From NCBI GenBank assembly GCA_973895155.1, contig OZ316899.1:12244834-12308833 (forward strand): a DNA stretch of 64,000 nt. The letters are read 5' to 3'. The notes beneath the pieces were generated by a model, which was not told the DNA's origin, searched no databases, and worked only from the letters and a program-made list of their open reading frames with translations. A program made the position numbers and the translations under genes. Shown here piece by piece: positions 35,321 through 46,182 of the stretch. The first letter of the stretch is position 1; each line of letters starts with the position of its first letter. Origin of the DNA: Marsupella aquatica. Taxonomy: Eukaryota > Plantae > Marchantiophyta.

Positions 35321-35625
35321 TGATTGGCCCTCCTTCCTTTGCTTGTTCCCGCCGCTCTCGTCTAGATTTGAATGTCATTTGCCAAGAGAGGGCTCTAGAC
35401 CCTAAATTAAATCTTAAGCTCAATCAAGGCCTTTCTTTTTGCGTTCCTCAATGTCCCTTTTTGTGTTTGATTGGCCCTCCTTTCTTTGCTTGTTCCCGCC
35501 GCACCTTTCTAGATTTGAATATCATTTTCCAAGAGAGGGCTCTAGACCCTAAATTAAATCTTCAGCTTGATCAAGGTCTTTCTTTTTGCGTTCATCAATA
35601 TCCCTTTTTGCGATTGATTGGCCTT
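35321..35625. repeat. 147-bp tandem duplication upstream of the transposase
   Basis: TGATTGGCC recurs at about 35321, 35468 and 35615 with near-identical intervening sequence. Confidence 0.85.
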
Positions 35626-36076
35626 TGCATTTGGGCTCACACCGCATGACCACTCCTTGAATCAATTCAACCCATATAGCTAGACGTGAATGCATCAATT
35701 CTAGAGGACTTCACTACCCATTTGCGCTCCACAAGGCTCAGCTTCAATACTTTCTTGACAAGTTGCAAGTGGAAAGACAAGAATCTTGAATACCAAAAGC
35801 GCCCGAGTACTTCTATCTGCCACTACTCTGTCTTGCACCTAAGTTCAAAAAGTCCTAAGGGAACAAATAGGGCCAACACTCTCCCATAAAACCAGTTGTC
35901 CAACCATAAAATACATGTCAAGACAAGAAAGGAGTTCCCTCAAGAGCTCAACATAGTAATGAATGTGCCTCATACGTATTTGATTTGTAAAAGTACTTTT
36001 TGCTTTAGATCAGCCTAATCTTGGCCGTTGGTAGTGCAAGGACTTTTAAAAGGAGTGGAAACATTTTTGCCTCCTT

Positions 36077-36103
36077 TGGTAGTCCTCAATCATGCAATCC
36101 ACC
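36077..36103 (-). repeat. Right TIR of Sola2-like element
   Basis: TGGTAGTCCTCAATCATGCAATCCACC. Confidence 0.95.
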
Positions 36104-36230
36104 AGTAGCTTTAGTCATTGTGTGGATATTATTAATGTTAGAGCCAAACCGGAGACTATGTTGATATGTTACTTAGTTCCATATTGTATATCACCTGACT
36201 CATTATGTGAACTGGAGTCAAGGTGGAGAT

Positions 36231-36524
36231 TGTTAGGAATTGACTCAAGTGCCCGGCTTTAGTTAGTTTGGCCTTACTAGGGTTAGTTGACCCTTGGTTA
36301 GTTTAGAATAAGATCCACTTATTTAGGCCCTCACATCTTAGTCTCCCTTGGGGGGTATAGTTGAGGGAGAGCATTCTCTCCCTCATTCTTCACATGTTCT
36401 TTCTCATGAGCTATGGATCCTTCAAGAGTTTCTCCATCATTAGTGTCTTGTAGGTGTAGTTTGAGATTGTGTGCATTCTCATGTTTCCGCATTGCTGCCT
36501 AGTCTGAGTTGACGGTTTCCAAAA
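36231..36524 (+). repeat. Copia 3' LTR (~295 bp; right end approximate)
   Basis: Starts TGTTAGG directly after the purine tract CAAGGTGGAGAT. Ends at about TTTCCAAAA, where Gypsy C coding sequence begins. Confidence 0.7.
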
Positions 36525-39364
36525 CCAATCACCAAGGCAGAACAGATAGAAGCACTACTAGAGGCCAGACGAGCGCAGTGGCCAAAACCTTAGGAAGGGA
36601 GAAAAAGGAGGTTAAGCCAAAGCAAGGTCAGAAAGAGAAGCCGACACCTAAGCCACAGAATCTGAAGCGACCACAATGGAAGAGGTAATGTCCTTGGACA
36701 ACAAAGGAATCAAGTCAGCTGACTCGACTAGCACAGCCGAGATTCCAGTTTATGGAGGGATGAGACTTGAGAGGCTGGAAGCCAAGCTTGACCCAAATTT
36801 GAAAAAGCAGATTAACGTGATCCAAGCACGGCAATACCGGAAGCTAGACCTAGGAGAGGGCAGGGAACTAATTAAACTTGGGCAGAGATCTGGCACCGAA
36901 GCTCGAGAAGGAGATCAGTGAGTTACTGATTGAATTTCAGGATGTGCTTGCATGGAGCCACCAAGATCTAAAGGGAGTAGACCCAAAATTGGGGGAACAT
37001 CAAATTGATCTGATGCTAGGAGCCAAGTCTTTTAGACAGCCAATTCATAGAATGAACACCAAGTATTCCCTGATGGTCAAAGCAGAAATTGACAAACTAG
37101 TGGAAGCAGGAAGCATCACTCCAGTCCTACATTCAAATTGGGTATCCCCAATTGTGATAGTCCCCAAGAAAGCCAGACTAGATGGGAAACCCAAGATACA
37201 GGTTTATCAGGATTACAAGAAGTTGAATGAAGCCACGTTGAAGGACTACTTCCCATTACCCTTTACTGATATGGTTCTAGACATGGTAGCCAGTCATGAG
37301 TTATATTCATTCACGGATGGGTACTCTGGTTATAACCAAATCAGGATTAGGCAAGAGGACCAAATCAAGACCGCCTTCATCATGGAATGGGGGATTTACA
37401 TCTTCAATCGAATACCATTTGGACTCTGTAATGCACCAGTGATGTTCCAGAGGTTGATGGTGAATATTTTTCATGACTACTTGAGAAAGTTCATGGAGAT
37501 CTTCATTGAAAATTTTGCAGTGTTTGGGAAAGCATCAAAACATGCTAAATACCTCAGGAAGACCTTCATGAGATGTAGGGAGGTGGGCCTCAAGTTACAC
37601 CCTGATAAATGTTTCTTTGGAGTGACGGAGGGGGTGCTACATGGTCACAAGGTATCAAGGAAAGGCATCAAGATTGACAAGGGTAAACTAGCAGTATGGC
37701 TGGATATCATGCAACCTAAGAACATAAAGGATGTTTGATCCGTCTTGGGGTGCATTGGCTATTATCGTAGGTTCATAAAAGATTTTGCCAAACTAGCATT
37801 ACCATTGACAAATATGCTCAAGGCAGGGGCAGACTTTGAGCCCACACCAAAAAGAGTGACAACAGTAATTGAATAAAAGTAGATGCTAGTGGAGGCCCAG
37901 TCATGATAGCACCAGACTGGAACAAGGATTTTCATGTCTTTGTAGATGTTTCAGGCTTCCATATTGGTTTAGTACCGAGTCAATTGGATTAGAAGGGGAG
38001 CGACCATCCCATATACTATGCAAGCCGACAGCTTGCCAATGCCGAGAGAAACTACTCAACCATAGAAAGGGAGGCATCAGGAGTCATTTACTCTTGCAAA
38101 AAGTTTAGGCATTATCTACTAGGTTACAAGGTGATCTTTCATACCAATCATGAAAGTTTGAAGTACCTAGTGAAAAAGTCAGATCTTACGGGCAGGGTGG
38201 CAAGATGGATATTGCTATTACAAGAATTTGACTACAAGTTAAACATTGAGTCGGGGAAACTGCATGCCGACTTCTTTTCAAGAATTGCAGGTGAACCAAC
38301 TACGGACTGCATCAACGATCAATTTCCAGACAAAGAGCTATTCATAGTGAAAATAACGGATACATGGTACCTTGATATATTACAATTTCTTAGCACGTCA
38401 AGGTTATAGGCAAGGATAAGCAGGGAAGAAGCCGTAGTTTTTCTATGGAAGGTCAGACAATATTAGTGCATTAAAGGCATCTTACACAGGCATGGAGTCA
38501 TGGAAAAATTCAAAGGTGTTTGGAATAGGGAGAGGTGAAGCGGGTCCTATAGGCTATGCATGGAGAAGAAGTTGGGGGACATTTTGCACCAGTAACCACA
38601 TCTAAAATGATTTTAGATGCCGGCTATTGGTGGCCAACCTTACACAAGGATATACACCAGTTCATCAAGCAATGTGATCCATGCCAAAAAGCAGGAGGGC
38701 CAATGGCTGCCACAAGACATCCACTTCATCCCATTCTACCTCTGACACCATTCAAGAAGTGAGGTATTGATTACATTGGGCCTTTGAAGCCATTGACTCA
38801 TCCTCGGAGAAACAAGTACATCATCATAGCTACGGATTATGCGACCAAGTGGGTAGAGGCCAGGCCAACAACAAAGGATGATGCCGTCACCACTGCTTGT
38901 TTTATGTATGAGAAAATCTTTACCAGGTATGGAGCACCCCTAGAATTAGTGAGTGATAGATGAACTCATTTCTTGTTGATATAATCAGTCGTTTAAGTGA
39001 GCAGTACCTAGTACATCATTGGCCTACCACCGCTTACCACCCAAAAGCAAATGGGCTGACCAAACAAGCGAATGGCGTCATTGGTAAGATCTTAAACAAG
39101 ACAATGGCCCAAAACAAAATCGATTGGGATGACAAATTGTTTGCTGCTGTCTTTGCTTACAATTTAGTCTACAAGTCAACTACCAGCCATACACCTGTCT
39201 TCTTAACTTTCGAACAGGAAGCTTTAGTACCCATACAATTTGAGATTACTACATTTCAAGTTACAATTAAGGAGAGATCGTCAAAGGAAGAAAGCTTAAG
39301 AGAGCGAGAATATAAATTAGAGAGGTTTTAGAAGAGGAAAGGATGATTTCAGCAGAAAGAGTAG
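36525..39364 (+). pseudogene. pol: Gypsy family C host element pol (RT, RNase H, integrase), degenerate
   Basis: WVSPIVIVPKK, DYKKLNEAT, DGYSGYNQI, PFGLCNAP, RVARWILLLQEFDY, GGHF..GYWWPTL..CDPCQ. Confidence 0.93.
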
Positions 39365-39927
39365 TGTATAAGAGTATTTTTGTCGAAATCCATCAATAAG
39401 AGTTTATTTGGGAATTTTTCAAACTTTTTGCTCGGGGGCCTCACTATATGGATGCCTCCCCATCGCCTGCGACATTTTTAGGCCTTGGACCCCCTAAAAT
39501 GTAAGAATTTTTATTTTATTTTTCAACCCCTATAAAGTTGGAATATTTTTGGAATATTCTAAAAATTTGGTTAGAAAGACCCTAATGTTCTTATAAGTCT
39601 CAAAATTGAATTTAAAAGACCCTATTGTTCTTCTGCAAAAATTCTTAAGTCTTCCTTTCAAACCAATAAAACGACCCTATCTTTTGTCGCACATGATGTG
39701 CCATTTTTGTGGAAGTGAAACCCCCAATACTTTTTGGAGCAAAAGATGATGCTTTTTGAAGCGTCCTCACTATTCTAGCGCTTCATGAGGCGTTTGCCTC
39801 TAGTTATTGTTCTAAGTGATTCCTGCTGAGGACGTAGCTCAAAACAGGACGCTACCTGAAGTGAATACCATGAGATAGAAGTTGACTTGTGTCCTAGCTC
39901 TGAAGTAAAAAAACAGACTCGACGCTA

Positions 39928-42900
39928 TGTGATGCCTAGCAAGGAATCACTAGGCCGATTAAAGTGGTAAAACCGGGAGTGTACCTTGAAAACACATTAG
40001 TATAGTAACAAAACAAGGAAAATATAAACAATTAAGGGTGACTATGGAACCCGAGCCGAGGCCGAAAGTAAGGATGCCACGGCAAGGAACGCGATTAGGG
40101 TTAGGGCATGCTAAGTGCTGGCGGCTATGGGTAACCAACGGGAAGGGAGACTAGGAAAGGGGGGGTAAGGACCAATCACAAAGAATGGCGGCTCATTTGC
40201 AAGCATGAACCAAGCAGAGGATTGCAAGAAGCCAACTACTGTCAGTTGCTTAGGCAAGCACTCTGGGCGGGAGCAGATACCTAGTATCAACTCAAGGAGG
40301 GCATGAGCAACTTCAATCAAGTTGCTCATTTTTGGGGATGCTTGTTCAAATGGGCAATTGAGTACATTGGGACCTACAAGGACGAAGAATTGGAAAGGGC
40401 AATTGAGTACATTGGGACCTACAAGGACGAAGAGTTGGAAAGGGCAGCACGAGAACGGCAGGAGCTTGCTCATTTATGGGAATTGCAGAAGTCTGCCTTC
40501 CTTGGAGGGGAGCTCATCAAGGCCAAGTTCTTGTGGACTCCTACTCCCAATCAGCTTGACGACCTTCTGTTTTGTGAGAACAAAATCATCGGCATTCGGG
40601 AAGCCATCAACCGCTGCAACGACGTACATTGGGACCTAAAGGGTAGCACGGAGGTGTGGACAAAGGCAACCGTGCTTGGAGAAACATCCACAGCAGCCGC
40701 CATGAAGAGGAAAGGGCCCAACAATGAAGAGGCCACCCCCGCAAAGAGAACAAGGTCCGCGGCACCAAGGAAGCCAGCTAAGAAAGGGAGGAGGAGGAAG
40801 GGGGAAGCCGAAGAAGAGGAGGTCAACCCAATCAATGTCATTCCAATGAGGGATGACACTTGGAGGGGCTGGGCGTCGACCCTCCCAGAGGAAGTGCAAT
40901 TAAACTTTGCATGAGAGGAGGATGCATGCTTTACGGCTATGCAGACTCGGAAGTACCAAGGCTTCATGGCCGGATCTGGCTTGGAAGCCTTCGTGAAATT
41001 ACCATGGCTGAAGCCGGAGGTGCCGGATTCTGACTTGTTGGAATTTGTGGGATCATGGGATCCCAAGACAAATTCCACAAGGGTGTATGGGAAGGATTTC
41101 TATCTCACTCCCCAGGTGATTTTCGAAGTATTTGGCTTGCCGATGAGCAATAAGACCAAAGTAGATACCCGGAAGACCTTGCCAAACAAGGAGTTCAGAT
41201 TGTTCCCAGGGCCATCAACAAAGAATGGCTTCTTCCGGAACACCTGCACCAACCCGCACATTGGTGAGATGATTGATTTCTTGCGGGTAACCATGCACTG
41301 CAACTTGCCAAGACCAGAGATCGGAAAGGCACAGGTCTACCTAGCGGAAAGGCACAGGTCTACCTAGCCTGATAGCCAAGCCGAGACTACAACAGGTACC
41401 TTCTCACCCAACTAAAGAAGATCTTGAAGGAGGAACAATAGGTGATCGGCCAGGGAAGCGTGTCCTGGCTTGGCTATCACATGCCGTTGTTGTGCCGGTA
41501 TGCCCGGAGTCAGATCTTTGCCCAGGTACTTCTCCTGTAGGCAAGGGCACTAGAGGAGGTTCCGGAACAGAGGCCGACAGTAGAGAAACCCAACCAGCCC
41601 GGCGGTCCTACGATCGAGCAAGTGTTTAGGCCGAGGACGGAAAACTTGCCGATGCAGCAACCAGGCATGCAGAATCTTCTAAAATTGCTGGAGAAGGAAA
41701 AGAAGGTTGTAGCGGCAACATCACCGGTATAGGACACTGCTCAAGAGGCAGGCCTAAGCCAACTCACAAGGGAAAACCCCTTTACCAGAGCCAAGGAAAG
41801 AAGGAGGCCGAAACACAAGCCGGGGGTTCGGATGTATGTGGGAGCCGCAAGTCCAAAAACCGATGGAGAGCAGCCCAAAGCTCATGGTCGCAATAAAGAG
41901 AAGGAGAGGACAGCCTGGAAGCCGGAGGACGAACCACGACCCATATGCTGTGTTTGGTAGGAGGCCACATTTGCAGCAAGATCAAGAGAGGAGCGGGGGG
42001 ACCCGGTAGTCCAAGCCGAGAGGGAGGTGGTGGAGGACTACGACAATGACGACTCCGGCTATGGGTTGGACCATCATGTCCCAAGAGTGAGGACATGTGG
42101 CCCCTTCATCCCCACGCTTCCTAGAGTAGTTTGAGGGGACCCAAACCAACAGAGCAGCCCCGAGTCTCCCCCACCAGATGTCGCTCCCCCGAGATTTGAT
42201 GGGATAAAACAGACGGCACAAGAGTTGTAGGAGCAACTCAGGGAACAAAGAGGAGGAAACCCTGGCCAAGGAGAAGGATTTACCTGGGGGAGAATGGCCA
42301 GAGGACATCCGACTGCTTGTAGAAAAACAAAGCAGAGGGATTCCAAAGGGAGATGTTGGAAAAAAGCCTATTGGAGGAAACCGTGGCTTTGGAGAGGATG
42401 AAGAAGGACAAAGTCATCCGTTGGCTTAGGGAGAAGGAAGCCAAGGTAGAAGACCTGAAGGCGGCCAAGAAAGCCCAAGATGAGCTGCGGATTAAGAGGC
42501 ATGAGCTCAACATCATGCAGGGGCAACTGGATACTGCTCAGTCTGATAACCAGATTATCAAGGATAAACTGACTTGGACCCAAGGGGAGTTGGCCGACGC
42601 GGTCAAGGAAAAGGAGAAATGGAAGCGGGAGCTGAAGGACGTAGAGGAGGCCCACATAGCAACCAACAATCAGGCCATGGCAGAAACACAGAGGAAGGAG
42701 AGGGAGCTAAAGGGGGAGCTTGAGGATCTCCACGGAGCCCTTGAGCAAAAGGAGTCCAAGTTAGGGAAATCCTATCAAGGGATTATTGTGCTATAGCAGG
42801 AGCTTGCATCCTTGACGGCCAACTTCAAGGCCGACCTGCGTGAGAAGGACGATATGCTTGATCAGACTTCCGCCAAGATGAACCCGATGGAGTCTGAGGT

Positions 42901-44507
42901 TGTTCAAGAGCTTGACAAGGAGCTGAGAGCAACCCAAGAAGAGAGGGCTACCTTACAGAAGGAATTGGAGGAAGCACAGAAGGAGCTAGAGAAGGTGTGT
43001 GGGGATCTGGACAAAATGCAGGAGGAGTTGGAGGAAAGCACGCGGAAGCTAGAGAACTTACAACGATGGGCCGACAACCAAACGGAGCGGCTAAAGAAAC
43101 AACCCGCAGTATTTAAGTGCTTGGCCTCATCAGTTCAATCTCCAATTGTGGCAACAAGGTTGCCAGGGGTAGTACTGGTCGAGGGACAAGCCGCGGCACT
43201 CGTACCGATGTCGGAGGTAATTGGCAAGGGGAAGGGACAAGCTGCCAAACAAGGAAAGAAGAAGAAGCAAAAACCTTTTGGGTTAGGCAGCAACGCGGCT
43301 TCTCAGGCCACCATGACCAATGAGGAGAACACGGCACCGGCCTCAGGCAAGGTCACGGCAGAGGATTTGATTGTTCTAGAAGGCGGGGATGGCAAGGCCG
43401 AGCCCGGGAGATCATTGATGAAGCCGTGGTAGTGGATCTATCACTTGAGCATGTCGGGGAGGCCATAGCCAAAGCTGAGGGTGGACCCGGTCAGGCTGCG
43501 GGAGAGTTGACTCGGTCCGGGGCAGGTAATCTATCAGAAGGCAGACCTACGGCAGTGGCTGCGGAGGAAGCATTGGGGGCGTCCATTGAGGATCAGCCAC
43601 CGCTACCATGACAATGGTGGAGGGCCGCTCCTATTAGGGAGGATGGACGTGGAGGAGGCGTGAGTGGGCAGGGCGGGCGCAAATCTCCAAATTTAGAATT
43701 AGGATTAGGACCAAGAGGCGGCCCTAACACTTAGATTAGTGGGATTGCGGATCCACTGGCAAGAGCAACACTTGTGCTCTTGCCTTGCTGTACATAGGTA
43801 GATTACAGTTATGATAGATTAGGCTTACTCTGCAAGGAATTAGGCGGATTCACTGCCAGGATAAGTACCTGGGCAGCGGGGAGTTGAGGGCCTTCTTCTT
43901 TAGCAAGTTTTTAGTGCACCAGCAGGGCTGGGATCAAGTAGTAAAAGAAGCTCTTGGTTAGTTATACAGTGACCCTTGTGTATATTCATGTTTCCTCATG
44001 CCTAAGAGCTGAATAGAGTTGGCCCCACGGCTTAGTTCGCAAATCTTGTGTATGAGAAGTACTGTTTGTATGGCAAGTGCATGGTATAACTCAGTCAGAA
44101 GGAGTCATTTTGCTATTGGTGTGTCGCATTAACTTGTTTGAAGATTGCCCACATCAACTAAGAGTGAAGGGAAGTAAGCAAGGTAGTAAGAGTTGGATGT
44201 GTCGAGCTAAGAGAGGTCTTAGCGGCTAACCCAAGCCAATTGGGGATCATTCCGGCGGCGGAATCCAAACATACCTAAAGGGAGACCAGGAGAGGAAGAC
44301 AAGAGAAGGCATAGAATAGGCTGACTACTTATCTCATGACCCGATGAAGGATCTGTCCAGTATATGTGTGTAAAATGTTAGTAGAAGAGAACTAGTAGCG
44401 TCCCATGCCGATAAGCCGCGGAACCGGCCTCGCCGAGAGTGAAACTTGCGGGAATTGGCTTGTGCAGGGGGGTTTCTTGGGTTTAGGGAGCCATGGGACG
44501 CACCACA
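39928..44507 (+). mobile_element. Solo LTR, Gypsy family C (4580 bp)
   Basis: TGTGATGCC...GCACCACA, TSD CGCTA/CGCTT (one mismatch); same start as the LTR at 60543. Confidence 0.9.
40303..43611 (+). pseudogene. LTR-encoded accessory protein (family C), about 1100 codons
   Basis: ORF pieces 40303-40914, 40939-41367, 42353-42796, 42812-43432 and 43426-43611; conserved central domain then a long coiled coil. Confidence 0.82.
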
Positions 44508-45190
44508 CGCTTCTTGAAGCGTCCGTATTTGATGATAATGGACCTGACGCTTTCTAAAGCGTCCACCTCAATTCAAGCGCTGACTGAAGCGTCCCTGCTC
44601 TAAAGTGAAGGAAAGCTCCGACGCTACCTGAAGCGTCCTCATAAGTACTTGGAAAACCTGACGCTTTCTTAAGCATCCGTTATCAAGTCTTTCCAGACCT
44701 TGACGCTTTCTGAAGCGTCCACTATCTCAAAGGCAACATCAACACTGACGTTGCCTGAAGCGTCCGTCACAGACCTCAACGCTTTGCCAAGGCGCCCACC
44801 CAAAAGACTAGAAGATGGACGCTGCGACCAACTCTCATATTTTAGCCGACCCTTTCCAAAGAGTCCACAAAGTTCTTCTGTATTTTCGACGCTTCGTGAA
44901 GCATCCACCAACTCGTGACACTTAGAAAAGTTGTCAGTTTCCCATTTTTTATAACACTTTGACACTTTTATCGATTTATTTGAGGCACTTAGAGGTCTCC
45001 AAAAAGTTTGAAACTCTGCCAGCATTGAGATTATAGGTAGTAGAGTACCATAGAAAAGTTTCACCTCATTGTGACTTTTAGTTTAGAAGTTAAAATTAGA
45101 TTACAATCATTATTTATTAGCTGTACTATAAACACCGACGCTTTGCAAAGCATCCGCCTCAAATATTGACGCTTCATAAAACGTCCACTA
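44508..45190. repeat. Dispersed imperfect palindromes GACGCTT-N4-AAGCGTC in LTR E
   Basis: About 10 copies here and about 4 more at 39748-39927. Confidence 0.85.
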
Positions 45191-46083
45191 CATTTTTCAC
45201 ATTTCATCTTTAATGAGACTACCCCTTTAGATATTGAGATTTGAAAAGTTATACCCCTTCAGTCTTCTTTCGATTAGAAGTTTATACCTATAAGATACCT
45301 CAGTTTATCCATCATATGGGGGACAAACTTTATTTAGAAAGAGAAGTTTTGAATAGTTTTTCCACCTTCCATTTTAACAAGAATATCTTGCATGGAAGTA
45401 AAGCATGTGTTATCAATTGTGAAAGAATTCAGGAGATTCCTTTTGGTGACTGAATTTTTAATCACACCCTCTTGAGATTCTTATCGAATTCACTGCTAAG
45501 CTTGCTTGCTGTGTCAAGATTTGTTAGCTAATTCAAGGATAGATGTTTGAAGTGAAGGAGCAAAATTCCATCCTCAGAGTATCTTAGTACTGCAACTTTA
45601 CTTTGGCATATATATTAGAGTTTGATTTGAATTGCGTTTCGTTGACAATCAAACCATGTTGATGGCATTTTAATATATATCTCAGTAAATCTGCCGGAAA
45701 TATACTGTGGGTTTGGTGAGCAAGAGAATCCTTCTATTTTTCATCTTTATGATTCCAAAAGAAAATAGAGGATCTGACTTGATAGTTTTAATTTTGTCTA
45801 TATTGAGTCCATAATCTTTACTGAAGGAGTGGCAGTAGCATGTTAAAACCAATCATTTTATAGATTCCTTCTTCCTTTGGATTTATAACTCAAAAATGAT
45901 CGTTTTCTTGTGTTTTGTTAATTTCTTTCTTTGTTTGGAATTGAAAGTTTTAGAGCAAGAGCTCTAAACCATCCAAATTTGTTAATTCATTCAATCTATT
46001 TCCAATTTGTTCTTAAAGGGATTGAATTCCGAGTTTTTAAGGTTATATTGTTACTTGTGTTCTTTCGGCCATACGACAAGTAG

Positions 46084-46182
46084 AACATAGGCAAAATACC
46101 ATGAAGCAACAATACAATAAAAATCTTAAACCAGTTAGTATCCAGATAGGAGACCTAGTATTACTCTATGACAATAGGTATA
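46084..46182 (+). pseudogene. pol: Family C integrase fragment between two insertions
   Basis: EHRQNTMKQQYNKNLKPVSIQIGDLVLLYDNRY. Confidence 0.88.

Larger units (their letters stand above)
16848..36103 (-). mobile_element. Large Sola2-like DNA transposon (19.3 kb with nested inserts)
   Basis: Perfect 27-bp TIRs GGTGGATTGCATGATTGAGGACTACCA, 4-bp TSD AATA/AGTA, splits the Copia RNase H tail, internal Sola2-type transposase. Confidence 0.88.
1..36524 (+). mobile_element. Ty1/Copia LTR retrotransposon (5' part outside window), interrupted by Gypsy A1 and the Sola2-like transposon
   Basis: Domain order is GAG-pre-integrase, INT, RT, RNase H. The frame rejoins across both insertions (TRLDIA|HAVSILSRFM; ADMLTKVLPT|SSFSHCVDII). 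A PPT and a short 3' LTR follow at 36231. Confidence 0.93.
39365..46078. mobile_element. Solo LTR family E (~2.1 kb net) containing a nested family C solo LTR
   Basis: TGTATAAG...ATACGACA termini, perfect TSD AGTAG (39360-39364 / 46079-46083). Removal restores integrase frame EEERMISAERV|EHRQNTMKQQY. Confidence 0.85.

Noticed and set aside
44508-45190. Palindrome array as CRISPR or CACTA subterminal repeats
   Set aside because: Repeats are degenerate with irregular spacing. The enclosing unit has TG..CA ends and a 5-bp TSD, not CACTA ends with a 3-bp TSD.
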